Assembly (NCBI GenBank): GCA_964461025.1
Contig: CAYWSE010000007.1
Span: 1,260 to 65,259, forward strand
Direction of reading: 5' to 3'
From: an uncultured Sphaerobacteraceae bacterium
GTDB taxonomy: Bacteria; Chloroflexota; Chloroflexia; Thermomicrobiales; UBA6265
Length of the DNA: 64,000 nucleotides
Shown: positions 36,459 to 45,286 of the stretch, in pieces
How the letters are laid out: each line of letters begins with the position of its first letter
Position numbering within the stretch: position 1 is the first letter of the stretch
Translations under genes and position numbers: made by a program
The notes under the pieces: generated by a model
Told to the model about the DNA's origin: nothing
What the model saw: only the letters and a program-made list of their open reading frames with translations
The model's database searches: none

Positions 36459-37119
36459 TTCCACCCGGGAGCCCGGCGATGATTGCTCTCGCCGCTTCGA
36501 GCTCGTCCCGGTTGATCGTGTGTCCCATGCTAGGATAAATGCGGAGATCGACGTTCGCCCCGAGTTTCTGCAGCACATCCCCTGTTTCCAGGACGCGGGA
36601 CTCCGGAATGTGGGCATCGACATTGCTGCACCCGATGAACACCGGCGTCCCGTCGAGCGATCCTGTGTAGTCGCGAGGCGTGCCCTCCGGACCGATCAAC
36701 CCGCCCGAGAAAACCAGCAATCCCCCATAGCGACGGGCATTTCTTGCCGCGAATTCACTGGCGAGACAAGCCCCCTGTGAAAAACCGCCAAGCACGATGC
36801 GCTCGGCCGGTATGCCGGCGGCGATGACATGGTCAACAAGAGCGCCGACCGTGGCCAGAGCCGACGAAAGGAACGGTTCATTCTGCTGGAGTGGCATCAG
36901 AAAACTGAACGGATACCAGGTGTGGTTGGCAGCCTGCGGCGCCAGACATGCCACGTGATCGGCGCCGATCTCCGTGGCCAGCGGCAGAATGTCCTGCGCG
37001 CTGGCGCCCCTGCCATGGATCAGAATGAGCGCTCCGGATGCCTCTTCGAGCGGCACGCCCGCGGATAACACGGGCTGTCCCGCGTGCGGATCAGCTGGGA
37101 GTTCAGAGATGGCCTGCAT
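36448..37119 (-). CDS. Alpha/beta hydrolase, phospholipase/carboxylesterase family
   Basis: LILIHGRGASAQD, nucleophile elbow GGFSQGA, and late D/H region GCSNVDAHIP. Confidence 0.75.
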   Translation of the reverse strand: MQAISELPADPHAGQPVLSAGVPLEEASGALILIHGRGASAQDILPLATEIGADHVACLAPQAANHTWYPFSFLMPLQQNEPFLSSALATVGALVDHVIAAGIPAERIVLGGFSQGACLASEFAARNARRYGGLLVFSGGLIGPEGTPRDYTGSLDGTPVFIGCSNVDAHIPESRVLETGDVLQKLGANVDLRIYPSMGHTINRDELEAARAIIAGLPGGNDA

Positions 37120-37229
37120 GGTTGAATCACCGCTCCTCTCATCGTTACTGAAACGAGTGTACAGGAGCGTAAACGGGCAACGGCGTGGGCAGCTGCCTGC
37201 TCACGCCGTCGAACGAACCAGCAGTGCGG

Positions 37230-38147
37230 CTACTTGACCGGATTCTCCAGCACACCGAGTTTCTCGATTTCGGCGCGGACGATGTCGCCTGACTTGAGAT
37301 AAGTCGCCGTGGTCGCGCCGACGCCGCCGGGTGTGCCCATGCAGAGAAGGTCGCCTGGCCGAAGGGTCACAAACCGCGACAGAAAGGCGATCGATTCTGG
37401 AATGGAGAAGATCATCTCGCCGGCGTCGGAGTGCTGCCTCAGCTCGCCGTTCACTTTGAGGGCCATCTCCAGTGTGCCCGGATCGCCCGTTTCGTCCTTC
37501 GTCACCAGATAGGGTCCGACTGCCGCGAAGGTGTCGGCCCACTTACCGAGCAGCCAGTCGAAAAAGCCGTCGCCCGAGCGCTCGGGACGTCCTTCGGCGA
37601 ACTTCAATGACCGGGCCGACACATCGTTGAAGACGGTGTAACCAACCACATGATCGTAGGCGTCCTCGACAGCGATCTGTTTGCCGGTTTTGCCGATGAC
37701 GGCGGCTATCTCGATCTCGTAATCAAGCGTGTCGGAATCGAGCGGGATCTCGATCGAGTCGTTCGGACCGATGATCGCCGTGCCAGGTTTGATAAATGGG
37801 CGCGGATTGATCTTGTCCTTCTCGACCGGCGGCGCGCCACCTTCGGTGATGTGCGACTGATAGTTGCCCGCCAGCAGGAAGATCGTCGGGGGCGTCTGCA
37901 CGGCGGCGCCAAGCACGACTGACTCCTCGGGAGTCGTGACGATCGAGCCATCTGCGGCGCCACTGGCGACCTTCGCCGCGACTCCCAGACCTGCATCACC
38001 CAGGGCGATGATCTCGACGACATTCTCCGGTAGCGACTCGCCAAGCGTTGCCGCGCCCTCCGCGAGGTCGACGACTTTGCCGTCGATCGAAAGTCCGGCC
38101 CGGAACGGACCACCATCAACTGAATAACTGACGAACTTCACGCTCAA
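37230..38147 (-). CDS. Fumarylacetoacetate hydrolase (FAH)-family protein
   Basis: LDYEIEIAAVIGKTGK...VVGYTVFNDVSARS...GDLLCMGTPGGVG. Confidence 0.8.
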   Translation of the reverse strand: MSVKFVSYSVDGGPFRAGLSIDGKVVDLAEGAATLGESLPENVVEIIALGDAGLGVAAKVASGAADGSIVTTPEESVVLGAAVQTPPTIFLLAGNYQSHITEGGAPPVEKDKINPRPFIKPGTAIIGPNDSIEIPLDSDTLDYEIEIAAVIGKTGKQIAVEDAYDHVVGYTVFNDVSARSLKFAEGRPERSGDGFFDWLLGKWADTFAAVGPYLVTKDETGDPGTLEMALKVNGELRQHSDAGEMIFSIPESIAFLSRFVTLRPGDLLCMGTPGGVGATTATYLKSGDIVRAEIEKLGVLENPVK

Positions 38148-38168
38148 TCCTCTCTTGTTGCCCGGTCG

Positions 38169-39254
38169 CTACGACCAGGCGACTGCTACCCGCTCCCCTG
38201 ACTTGGCGGCTTCGTAAACTGCGTCGATGACGCGTAATGCGTCGATCAGGCCATCGGCGTTGGCTACCGGATCCCGCTCTTCGTCGATCGCGGCGAGCAG
38301 ATCGGCGATCACGAGCGGGGCCATCGAGCCATACCCCGGCATTTTCGCCGAAGTTGTGGAAATGGTCTCGTCGCGAAGCGGATCCGTCCTGTCTCCGGGG
38401 CCGATCCAGTGGACCGTTCCGTCATTGTGGATCGAGAGCGATCCCTTTTCACCCCGTAGGGCCAGATAGCCTTGCGACAGCGTCCTCGGCAGTACGTAGG
38501 CGTAGTGGATCGTTCCCAGAGCGCCACTCTCGAACCGGAATGCAACGGAAATCGCATCCTCGACACCGATATCCGCGCCGCCCACCGTTGCCGACATCGC
38601 CTGAACTTCGACAATGCGCTCGCCGGTCAGCCAGAGAAGCTGGTCGATATCGTGCACGCCGAGCCAGATCAAAATGCCGCCGCCCTGCAACTTGCGCGAG
38701 AAGAGATGATTGGCGGGATCTCGGACAAGCGGCGACGAGGTGTTGAATACCGCCTCGCTCGAGAGCAGGCGGCCCAGTCGCCCTTGTGAAGTCATGTCAC
38801 GTGCCGCCTGCCAACCACGACCGTACCGCCGAATCAGCCCCGTGGCGACGCGGACATTGTTGTTGCGCGCTACATCAGACCAGGAAAGCGCCTCTGCTGC
38901 TGTCCGAGCGGCCGCTTTATCGACGAGCATATGGACGCCGGCCCCCGCCAGCTTCGTGATGGCCGCTGGCGCATCCCGGTTTGGCAGCGTGACCAATGCA
39001 ATATCTGGCTCGTGGTGCGCGATCAGTGCATCCAGGTCATCAGTCGACGGGATCGCCCGATACGTGTCCTTCAGTCTTGCGCTGAGATGAGGATCGTAGT
39101 ATCGGGGGGCAAGTGTCGCACGCACCTCGGAGTCAGGTTCATAGATCGCCACGATTTCCAGCTGGTCGTCGAAGAGCTCGAGGCTCTCCACCCAACCGGT
39201 GGTGTGATAGTGGTCGAGACCGACGATCGCGACGCGTTTCCGGCCGCGTGTCAC
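38169..39254 (-). CDS. Gfo/Idh/MocA-family oxidoreductase (paralog of 24350..25441)
   Basis: GTG 39254 overlaps the upstream stop (GTGA). RVAIVGLDHYHTTGWVESLELF shares the unusual GL(N/D)HYH(V/T)TGWVESL N-terminus. Confidence 0.75.
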   Translation of the reverse strand: MTRGRKRVAIVGLDHYHTTGWVESLELFDDQLEIVAIYEPDSEVRATLAPRYYDPHLSARLKDTYRAIPSTDDLDALIAHHEPDIALVTLPNRDAPAAITKLAGAGVHMLVDKAAARTAAEALSWSDVARNNNVRVATGLIRRYGRGWQAARDMTSQGRLGRLLSSEAVFNTSSPLVRDPANHLFSRKLQGGGILIWLGVHDIDQLLWLTGERIVEVQAMSATVGGADIGVEDAISVAFRFESGALGTIHYAYVLPRTLSQGYLALRGEKGSLSIHNDGTVHWIGPGDRTDPLRDETISTTSAKMPGYGSMAPLVIADLLAAIDEERDPVANADGLIDALRVIDAVYEAAKSGERVAVAWS

Positions 39255-40291
39255 GACTCGCGATCCCAGCAAAAGACCGCCCCGATCATCGACCGGTCCC
39301 CATCAGCGAACCTCGTCAGCACCGCTTCAACCTCGGAGGGGGCAAAACGATCGGTCACGAGCTTGGACAGATCGATCTTCCCTCTCCCGGCCTGTTCGAG
39401 CAGATACCGGTAGTTGCCTTCACGCGTGAAGGTGTTTTGCGCTCCCGGCAACGCGGTTTCGGGGTCGTACCCGCAGCCGATCAAGTCGATCTTCTTGTAA
39501 TGGAGTTTGCTCGGAAATCCGTACAGCATCTGATGCATGCGAATCGCCTGATCGGCCGACGGGAGGCGCCGGTACAACCCCATGAGGGCGATGCGTGTGT
39601 AGTCGCGGGCAATCGCGAATGCCTGCTCGAAGCCGCTCCAGGCGCCGCTCGTTTCCAGCACCAGATCGATGCCTCGCTCTCCGGCAAACTCGGCGATCGT
39701 ATCGTTGGCGCTGGCCCCCGACCCGTCAACCACCGCGCCCAGTCCGAATCTCTGGGCGTACGCGATCCGCTCGGGTGCGACGTCGATGCCGACCACGCGC
39801 GCGCCCATCATATCGGCGACGAGCGCCGTCGATGCACCAACCAGTCCCAGACCGACGACGGCGATATTCTCTCCTGCAGCGTACCGCCCCAGGTGCAGCG
39901 CGCTCACCGCCCAGCCTGCCAGGTACGAAAGACTCGCTTCCTCAGCACCCACGCCATCCGGCAGCCGGTGCACACGCGATGCGCTGGTGACCGCGTACTC
40001 CTGATGACCAATGCCACCAATGGACACCGCATCGCCGACTTCGAGCCCCGTGACGCCACTGCCGAGCGCGGAAACGACGCCCGCCCCCATATAGATGCAT
40101 TCCTGCGGTTTGCCTTCCCATTCGCCGGTGTAGGACCCGGTCTGGAAGATATAGACGTTGCTGCCTGGGCTCACTGCTGTATGCGTGACCCGAACCTGAA
40201 CCTCCCCGTCCCCGGGGAGTGGGATGGGTTCCTCGATTGCGCCGATCTTGCCAGGTGCAACGACGTAGTAGTGTTTCATCGTCTTTGTCAC
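39251..40291 (-). CDS. Medium-chain dehydrogenase/reductase (MDR, alcohol/polyol dehydrogenase-like)
   Basis: GroES-like N-domain (GEVQVRVTHTAVSPGSNVY, GHQEYAV) and Rossmann VVGLGLVGAS. The usual catalytic-zinc Cys position appears substituted. Confidence 0.7.
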   Translation of the reverse strand: MTKTMKHYYVVAPGKIGAIEEPIPLPGDGEVQVRVTHTAVSPGSNVYIFQTGSYTGEWEGKPQECIYMGAGVVSALGSGVTGLEVGDAVSIGGIGHQEYAVTSASRVHRLPDGVGAEEASLSYLAGWAVSALHLGRYAAGENIAVVGLGLVGASTALVADMMGARVVGIDVAPERIAYAQRFGLGAVVDGSGASANDTIAEFAGERGIDLVLETSGAWSGFEQAFAIARDYTRIALMGLYRRLPSADQAIRMHQMLYGFPSKLHYKKIDLIGCGYDPETALPGAQNTFTREGNYRYLLEQAGRGKIDLSKLVTDRFAPSEVEAVLTRFADGDRSMIGAVFCWDRES

Positions 40292-40295
40292 GGCA

Positions 40296-41930
40296 TCACC
40301 AGGCCAGGGCGTAGCCGTCGCGGCGGGGATCAGCGCCGGCCGCGAAGCTGCCCGTATCGGGGTCGATCATGATGCCCTGTCCTCCGCCAACGAGATGCGA
40401 CCAATCACCCAGATGCTCCAGATTGTGTCCACGCTGAGCGAGACCGTCGAGCGTATCGGCGAGTACACGCGTTTCGATCTGCAGGGTCGTCCCATCGGTC
40501 GCTTTGATGCGCGGCGCTTCGATTGCCGCCTGGATCGAGTACTCGTGATCGACCAGATTGCTGATCATTTGCGGTGTTGTCTGCAGAATGCCGAACGATC
40601 CCGGCGTGCCGATCACGCCAAAGAGCGTGTCGTCGCGCAAAATCGCCGCAGGAGCCATGCACATCTCGATATTCCGGTTCGGTCCGATCACATTCGGGCT
40701 GGCGGGATCGAAGTCGAACCAATAGCCGAAGTTGTTCAACATCAGTCCGGTTTCCCCAGCCATCACGCCACTGCCAAACCCGTCGCCCAGCGACTGCGTG
40801 ACGGTCACAGCGTTGCCCTCTGAGTCAACGACGTCGAAATGCGTCGTGCATTCCTTCAGCGCGAACGCCGGATCAGCGGGTGGCACCGCATCGACCGGGC
40901 GAATACCGCGATAACGCTCACCTTCCACTCTCGCCGCTTGATCCGGATCGATCATCGCCTGTCGTTCGGCGGTGTAGTCATCGGAAAGCATCGCAACGAG
41001 ATCGAGGCATGGATTGGTCGTATAAGCGATGCGATCGGCCACCGCCAGCTTGAACGCCTCCGCCAGGGTATGCAGATGCTCGGTAGAGCTATGCACCATA
41101 TCGGCAATATCGAATCCCTGCAAAATGCCAAATGCCTGCAGGTATTGCCAGCCACTGCAGTTCGGCGGTGGACACGCAATCGTATAGCCGCGATAGGCTC
41201 GCGTCAGCGGCTCTTTCCATTGCGGCTGATAGCTGGACATGTCCTCGGCGTCGATCAGACCGCCTTGCGACTGAATCGACTCGACGATCTCAGCCGCCAG
41301 CTCACCCCGGTAGAACGATTCGAGCCCGCCTTTGACGACGCGCTCGAACGTTCTTGCCAGCTTCGGTTGCCGAATCACTTCCCCCGCTTTTGGCGCCCGT
41401 CCTTCCGGCATGAACACAGCCTTGGTCATGGCGGTCAGATTGCCGGCATTGAACATGGCGTCGTAGAACCAGGCGTTTTTGACCGTCAACGGCACACCGA
41501 CAGTCGCGTACTCGATGGCCGGCGCGAAGATCGTCGACAAATCGAGTTTTCCGTAGTCGCGATGAGCGGTGAGCCACCCGGCCGCTGCGGTAGGCACGAG
41601 TGGCGCCTTCGCTCCGTAGTTCTTTTCGGCTTCGGTCGCGAATGCATCGAGCGAGGCGTTGCGCGAGCTCGGTCCGACATAGTCCAGCACGCGCAGCACG
41701 CGCTCTCTGGCCGTATAGACCATCATGTAGCCGCTGCCGCCGATACCTGACATGTAAGGCTCGGCGACATTCAGCGCGGCCGCTGTGGCCACCGCGGCAT
41801 CGACAGCATTGCCTCCCGCCTGCAGCGTGCGCATGCCGGCAAGCGTGGCGAGTGGATGCGCCGACGCCACCGCGCCACGCGTGCCCATCGCCACCGGACG
41901 GTGCGCCAGCCCCTTGTTTGCCCAGGCCAT
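40296..41930 (-). CDS. ggt: Gamma-glutamyltransferase
   Basis: GAVASAHPLATLAGMRTLQAGGNAVDAAVA...GIGGSGYMMVY. Autoprocessing/catalytic Thr in CTTHFDVVD. GFGSGVM...GLMLNN. The start is ATG 41930 with a GGGGGAAG RBS. Confidence 0.85.
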   Translation of the reverse strand: MAWANKGLAHRPVAMGTRGAVASAHPLATLAGMRTLQAGGNAVDAAVATAAALNVAEPYMSGIGGSGYMMVYTARERVLRVLDYVGPSSRNASLDAFATEAEKNYGAKAPLVPTAAAGWLTAHRDYGKLDLSTIFAPAIEYATVGVPLTVKNAWFYDAMFNAGNLTAMTKAVFMPEGRAPKAGEVIRQPKLARTFERVVKGGLESFYRGELAAEIVESIQSQGGLIDAEDMSSYQPQWKEPLTRAYRGYTIACPPPNCSGWQYLQAFGILQGFDIADMVHSSTEHLHTLAEAFKLAVADRIAYTTNPCLDLVAMLSDDYTAERQAMIDPDQAARVEGERYRGIRPVDAVPPADPAFALKECTTHFDVVDSEGNAVTVTQSLGDGFGSGVMAGETGLMLNNFGYWFDFDPASPNVIGPNRNIEMCMAPAAILRDDTLFGVIGTPGSFGILQTTPQMISNLVDHEYSIQAAIEAPRIKATDGTTLQIETRVLADTLDGLAQRGHNLEHLGDWSHLVGGGQGIMIDPDTGSFAAGADPRRDGYALAW

Positions 41931-42028
41931 CTGTTCTTCCCCCTGAACGAAAATATGAAACAAGCTGGGCGATATTGTGTCACAGCCCAGCTTGTCGTGT
42001 TGTCGATGTGGTTGCCGGCGGGCGCGGT

Positions 42029-43924
42029 CTACCGCGCCGCAGCCATTTGCGCCTTCTTGCGCTCCTTCGCCCGGTCGTCCTGCGAGAGCAATCGCTTACG
42101 CAACCGGAAGGCACTTGGCGTGATCTCCAGCAGCTCGTCGTCGGCCAGAAAGTCGAGCGCCTGCTCGAGACTGAGCACGACCGGCGGGGTCAGCTTGACG
42201 GCGATGTCGGATGTACTGGAGCGAATATTCGTCAGCTTCTTGGCCCGGCAGACGTTGACCACCAGATCGTCCTGGCGTGGCTGCTGCCCGACGATCATGC
42301 CCATGTAGACCTCGGCTTGCGGCTCGATGAAGGTCACGCCCCGCTCCTGGGCATTGGCAATGCCGTGGGCCAGTGCCACGCCCGTTTCGGAAGCGATCAA
42401 CGCGCCTGTCCGGTTCGAGGCGATCGGTCCGAGCCAGGCTTCGAACCCTATCAATCGCGATGCCAGCACGCCATTGCCGCGCGTCGCAGTCAGAAACGCA
42501 TTCCGCAAACCAATCAATCCACGAGTCGGAATCGCGAATTCCAGACGGATGCTGCCTCGACCATCGTTGACCATATCCAACATACGAGCCCGCCGGCCAC
42601 CAACAAGCTCCGTAACGACACCCACGAACTCTTCCGTCGTGTCGATCACCAGATGCTCGACTGGTTCGTGAACCTCCCCATCGACGACGCGGGTGATCGC
42701 TTCCGGTCGCGACACCTGAAACTCGTAGCCCTCACGGCGCATCGTTTCGATCAGAATGGAAAGATGCAGCTCGCCACGACCTGATACGGAAAAGACATCC
42801 GGTTGATCGGTCGCTTCCACCCGCAAAGAGAGATTCGTCTCGAGCTCGCGGAAAAGCCGCTCGCGCAGTTGGCGCGACGTTGAGAACTTGGCGTCGCGAC
42901 CAGCGAACGGCGACGTATTGACGCCAAACGAGAGCTTCAGCGTCGGTTCTTCGATGTCGATGGCGTCGAGCGCGTGCGGGGCATCGGGATTGGCAAGCGT
43001 TGCTCCAATCCTCGCATCGGCGAAACCGGCGATGGCCACGATGTCGCCGGCGACAACGCTCTCCGCGTCACGTCGTCGAAGACCATCAAAGGTCGACAGT
43101 GACGACACGCGCTGGCGCGCTTCCAGTCCGTCCGGCCCCACCTGAATCATCACATCACCCAAGGCAATTTGCCCGCTGTGCACACGGCCAATGGCGATGC
43201 GACCAAGATGATTGTCGTAGTCGAGCGACGCGATCAGCAGGCGCGACGGGGCCGACCGGTCGGTCACCGGCGCCGGGATGTACTGCAGAATCGCATCGAG
43301 CAGCGGACGCAGATCGTCCTGCAATGCGTCGGGGGCGTCCCCAGCCACACCATCGCGGGCGATCGCATAGAGAACCGGGAAATCGAGCTGCTCGGCATCG
43401 GTCGCCAGGTCGAGAAAGAGGTCCTGGGTCATGGCCACTACGTCGTCCGGTCGCGACGACGGCCGGTCGACCTTGTTGACGACGACGATCGGCTTCAAGC
43501 CGAGCGCCAGCGCACGCTGCAATACCGTTCTCGTTTGCGGCATTGGCCCTTCGACAGCGTCGACAAGAAGCAGACAGCCGTCTGCCATGTTGAGAACGCG
43601 CTCGACCTCTCCCCCGAAATCGGCATGACCCGGCGTGTCGATGATGTTGATCTTGACGTCTTTGTAGAAAATCGCCGTGTTCTTGGCCAGAATCGTGATG
43701 CCGCGTTCTCGTTCGAGATCGTTGCTGTCCATGATCAAATCACCCACCGCATCAGGATCGCGGAAGACGTTCGATTGCTTGAGCAAGCCATCGACCAACG
43801 TCGTTTTGCCATGATCGACATGGGCGATGATGGCAACATTGCGCAGCGAATGATCGGGAGAGGCGCCCTCGGCGGCGACATGCCCGCTTCCGTTTGCAGA
43901 AGCAGGCGATAGGAACTCGGTCAT
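42029..43924 (-). CDS. typA: Translational GTPase TypA/BipA
   Basis: LRNVAIIAHVDHGKTTLVDGLLKQS, DTPGHADFGGEV, NKVDR, and EF-G-like domains. The start is ATG 43924. Confidence 0.9.
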   Translation of the reverse strand: MTEFLSPASANGSGHVAAEGASPDHSLRNVAIIAHVDHGKTTLVDGLLKQSNVFRDPDAVGDLIMDSNDLERERGITILAKNTAIFYKDVKINIIDTPGHADFGGEVERVLNMADGCLLLVDAVEGPMPQTRTVLQRALALGLKPIVVVNKVDRPSSRPDDVVAMTQDLFLDLATDAEQLDFPVLYAIARDGVAGDAPDALQDDLRPLLDAILQYIPAPVTDRSAPSRLLIASLDYDNHLGRIAIGRVHSGQIALGDVMIQVGPDGLEARQRVSSLSTFDGLRRRDAESVVAGDIVAIAGFADARIGATLANPDAPHALDAIDIEEPTLKLSFGVNTSPFAGRDAKFSTSRQLRERLFRELETNLSLRVEATDQPDVFSVSGRGELHLSILIETMRREGYEFQVSRPEAITRVVDGEVHEPVEHLVIDTTEEFVGVVTELVGGRRARMLDMVNDGRGSIRLEFAIPTRGLIGLRNAFLTATRGNGVLASRLIGFEAWLGPIASNRTGALIASETGVALAHGIANAQERGVTFIEPQAEVYMGMIVGQQPRQDDLVVNVCRAKKLTNIRSSTSDIAVKLTPPVVLSLEQALDFLADDELLEITPSAFRLRKRLLSQDDRAKERKKAQMAAAR

Positions 43925-44191
43925 CGGGAAGGTATTCCTGGACGTAGACTGGAAAGACAACGGTGTCGGGTCTTGTCCGGTCATTCGCCAGACAACCGGT
44001 CAATTGTGCACGGCGGCAGGCATTTTCGCCAGTTTTCAAGCTAGCCGCCACGGCGGTAACATCGAATGGCTCGCCTCATCAGACGTGATGCCTCTCCCAA
44101 ACCGATCGCGAGGTTGAGAGTTGCCGCCTGGGCATGCACTATTCGGTTCGGGTGACCTCTAAGTGCCAGGTCTGGGGGTTTGAACGCAAAT

Positions 44192-45286
44192 ATGACGCAC
44201 AGTGCAGAACCGCAGTTCTGGTCGGTGATCCCGGCCGGTGGCTCAGGCAGCCGGCTCTGGCCGCTGAGTCGCGCCAACCGGCCAAAATACCTGTTGCCAC
44301 TGCTGGGGGAGATGTCCCTCCTGCAACAGACATACGATCGACTGCTGCCGCTCTCTCCACCCGAGCGAATTCTCGTGGTGGCCGGCGCTGCACATGCGAT
44401 GGAAATCGCCCGGCAGCTTCCCGATCTCCCACCCGAAAACATCATCATCGAACCCTCACCAAAAGGAACCGGCCCAGCGATCGGCCTCGCCGCCCGGCTG
44501 GTTGCCGAGCGCGATCCCGCCGCGATCATGGGCAGTTTTGCCGCCGACCATGTTGTCAGAGATAGCGACGCCTTTCTGGCCGCGATTCGTTCTGCGATTG
44601 CCGTTGCGCGGGAAGAATGGCTCACCACAATTGGCATCGAACCGATCCGACCGGAAATCGGCTACGGATATGTCGAGCGAACCGACACTTCGATCGGCGA
44701 CGATGACCCCGTTGCAGCCTGGATCGCGGCTGGATTCACTGAAAAGCCTGATTACGAACGAGCCGTCGAATTTGTCGCTTCCGGTCGCTTTCTCTGGAAC
44801 GCCAGCATGTTCATCTGGCGGGTTGACACCTTTCTGGCTGAACTGGAACGCTGTTTGCCGCAGGTGCGCAGGCGTATCGAGCGGATCGTTGATGTGTGGG
44901 ATACCGAAGACGCCGAATCGGTTGTGCCCGCGGAGTGGGGCAAGCTGAAAAGCGTGACTATCGATGACGGCGTCATGGAGCAAAGCGAACGCATAGCCGT
45001 CGTGCCGGCGGAAATCGGATGGTCCGATGTGGGAGACTGGCACGGTCTCGGAGAACTCGTGCAGCACGGTGAGGACGACAACGCCTTTCGCGGTGACGTT
45101 CTGCAGCATGGTTCGACCGATACGCTTGTCTGGTCGACGTCAAACCGCCTGGTCGCTCTCGTCGGCGTCGACGACCTTGCGGTTATCGATACGCCAGACG
45201 CACTGCTGATTGTCAACCGGTACCGGGCGCAGGAAGTCCGAGCGATCGTCGACAAACTTCGCGACGGGTATCCGGAACTGATCTGA
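44192..45286 (+). CDS. manC: Mannose-1-phosphate guanylyltransferase
   Basis: FWSVIPAGGSGSRLWPLSR...PKYLL, EPSPKGTGPAI, GYGYVE, WNASMFIW. Confidence 0.8.
   Translation: MTHSAEPQFWSVIPAGGSGSRLWPLSRANRPKYLLPLLGEMSLLQQTYDRLLPLSPPERILVVAGAAHAMEIARQLPDLPPENIIIEPSPKGTGPAIGLAARLVAERDPAAIMGSFAADHVVRDSDAFLAAIRSAIAVAREEWLTTIGIEPIRPEIGYGYVERTDTSIGDDDPVAAWIAAGFTEKPDYERAVEFVASGRFLWNASMFIWRVDTFLAELERCLPQVRRRIERIVDVWDTEDAESVVPAEWGKLKSVTIDDGVMEQSERIAVVPAEIGWSDVGDWHGLGELVQHGEDDNAFRGDVLQHGSTDTLVWSTSNRLVALVGVDDLAVIDTPDALLIVNRYRAQEVRAIVDKLRDGYPELI

Noticed and set aside
18213-41930. Calling the catabolic islands a horizontally acquired genomic island or mobile element
   Set aside because: I noticed no integrase, transposase, tRNA anchor, flanking direct repeats or obvious GC shift in coding regions.
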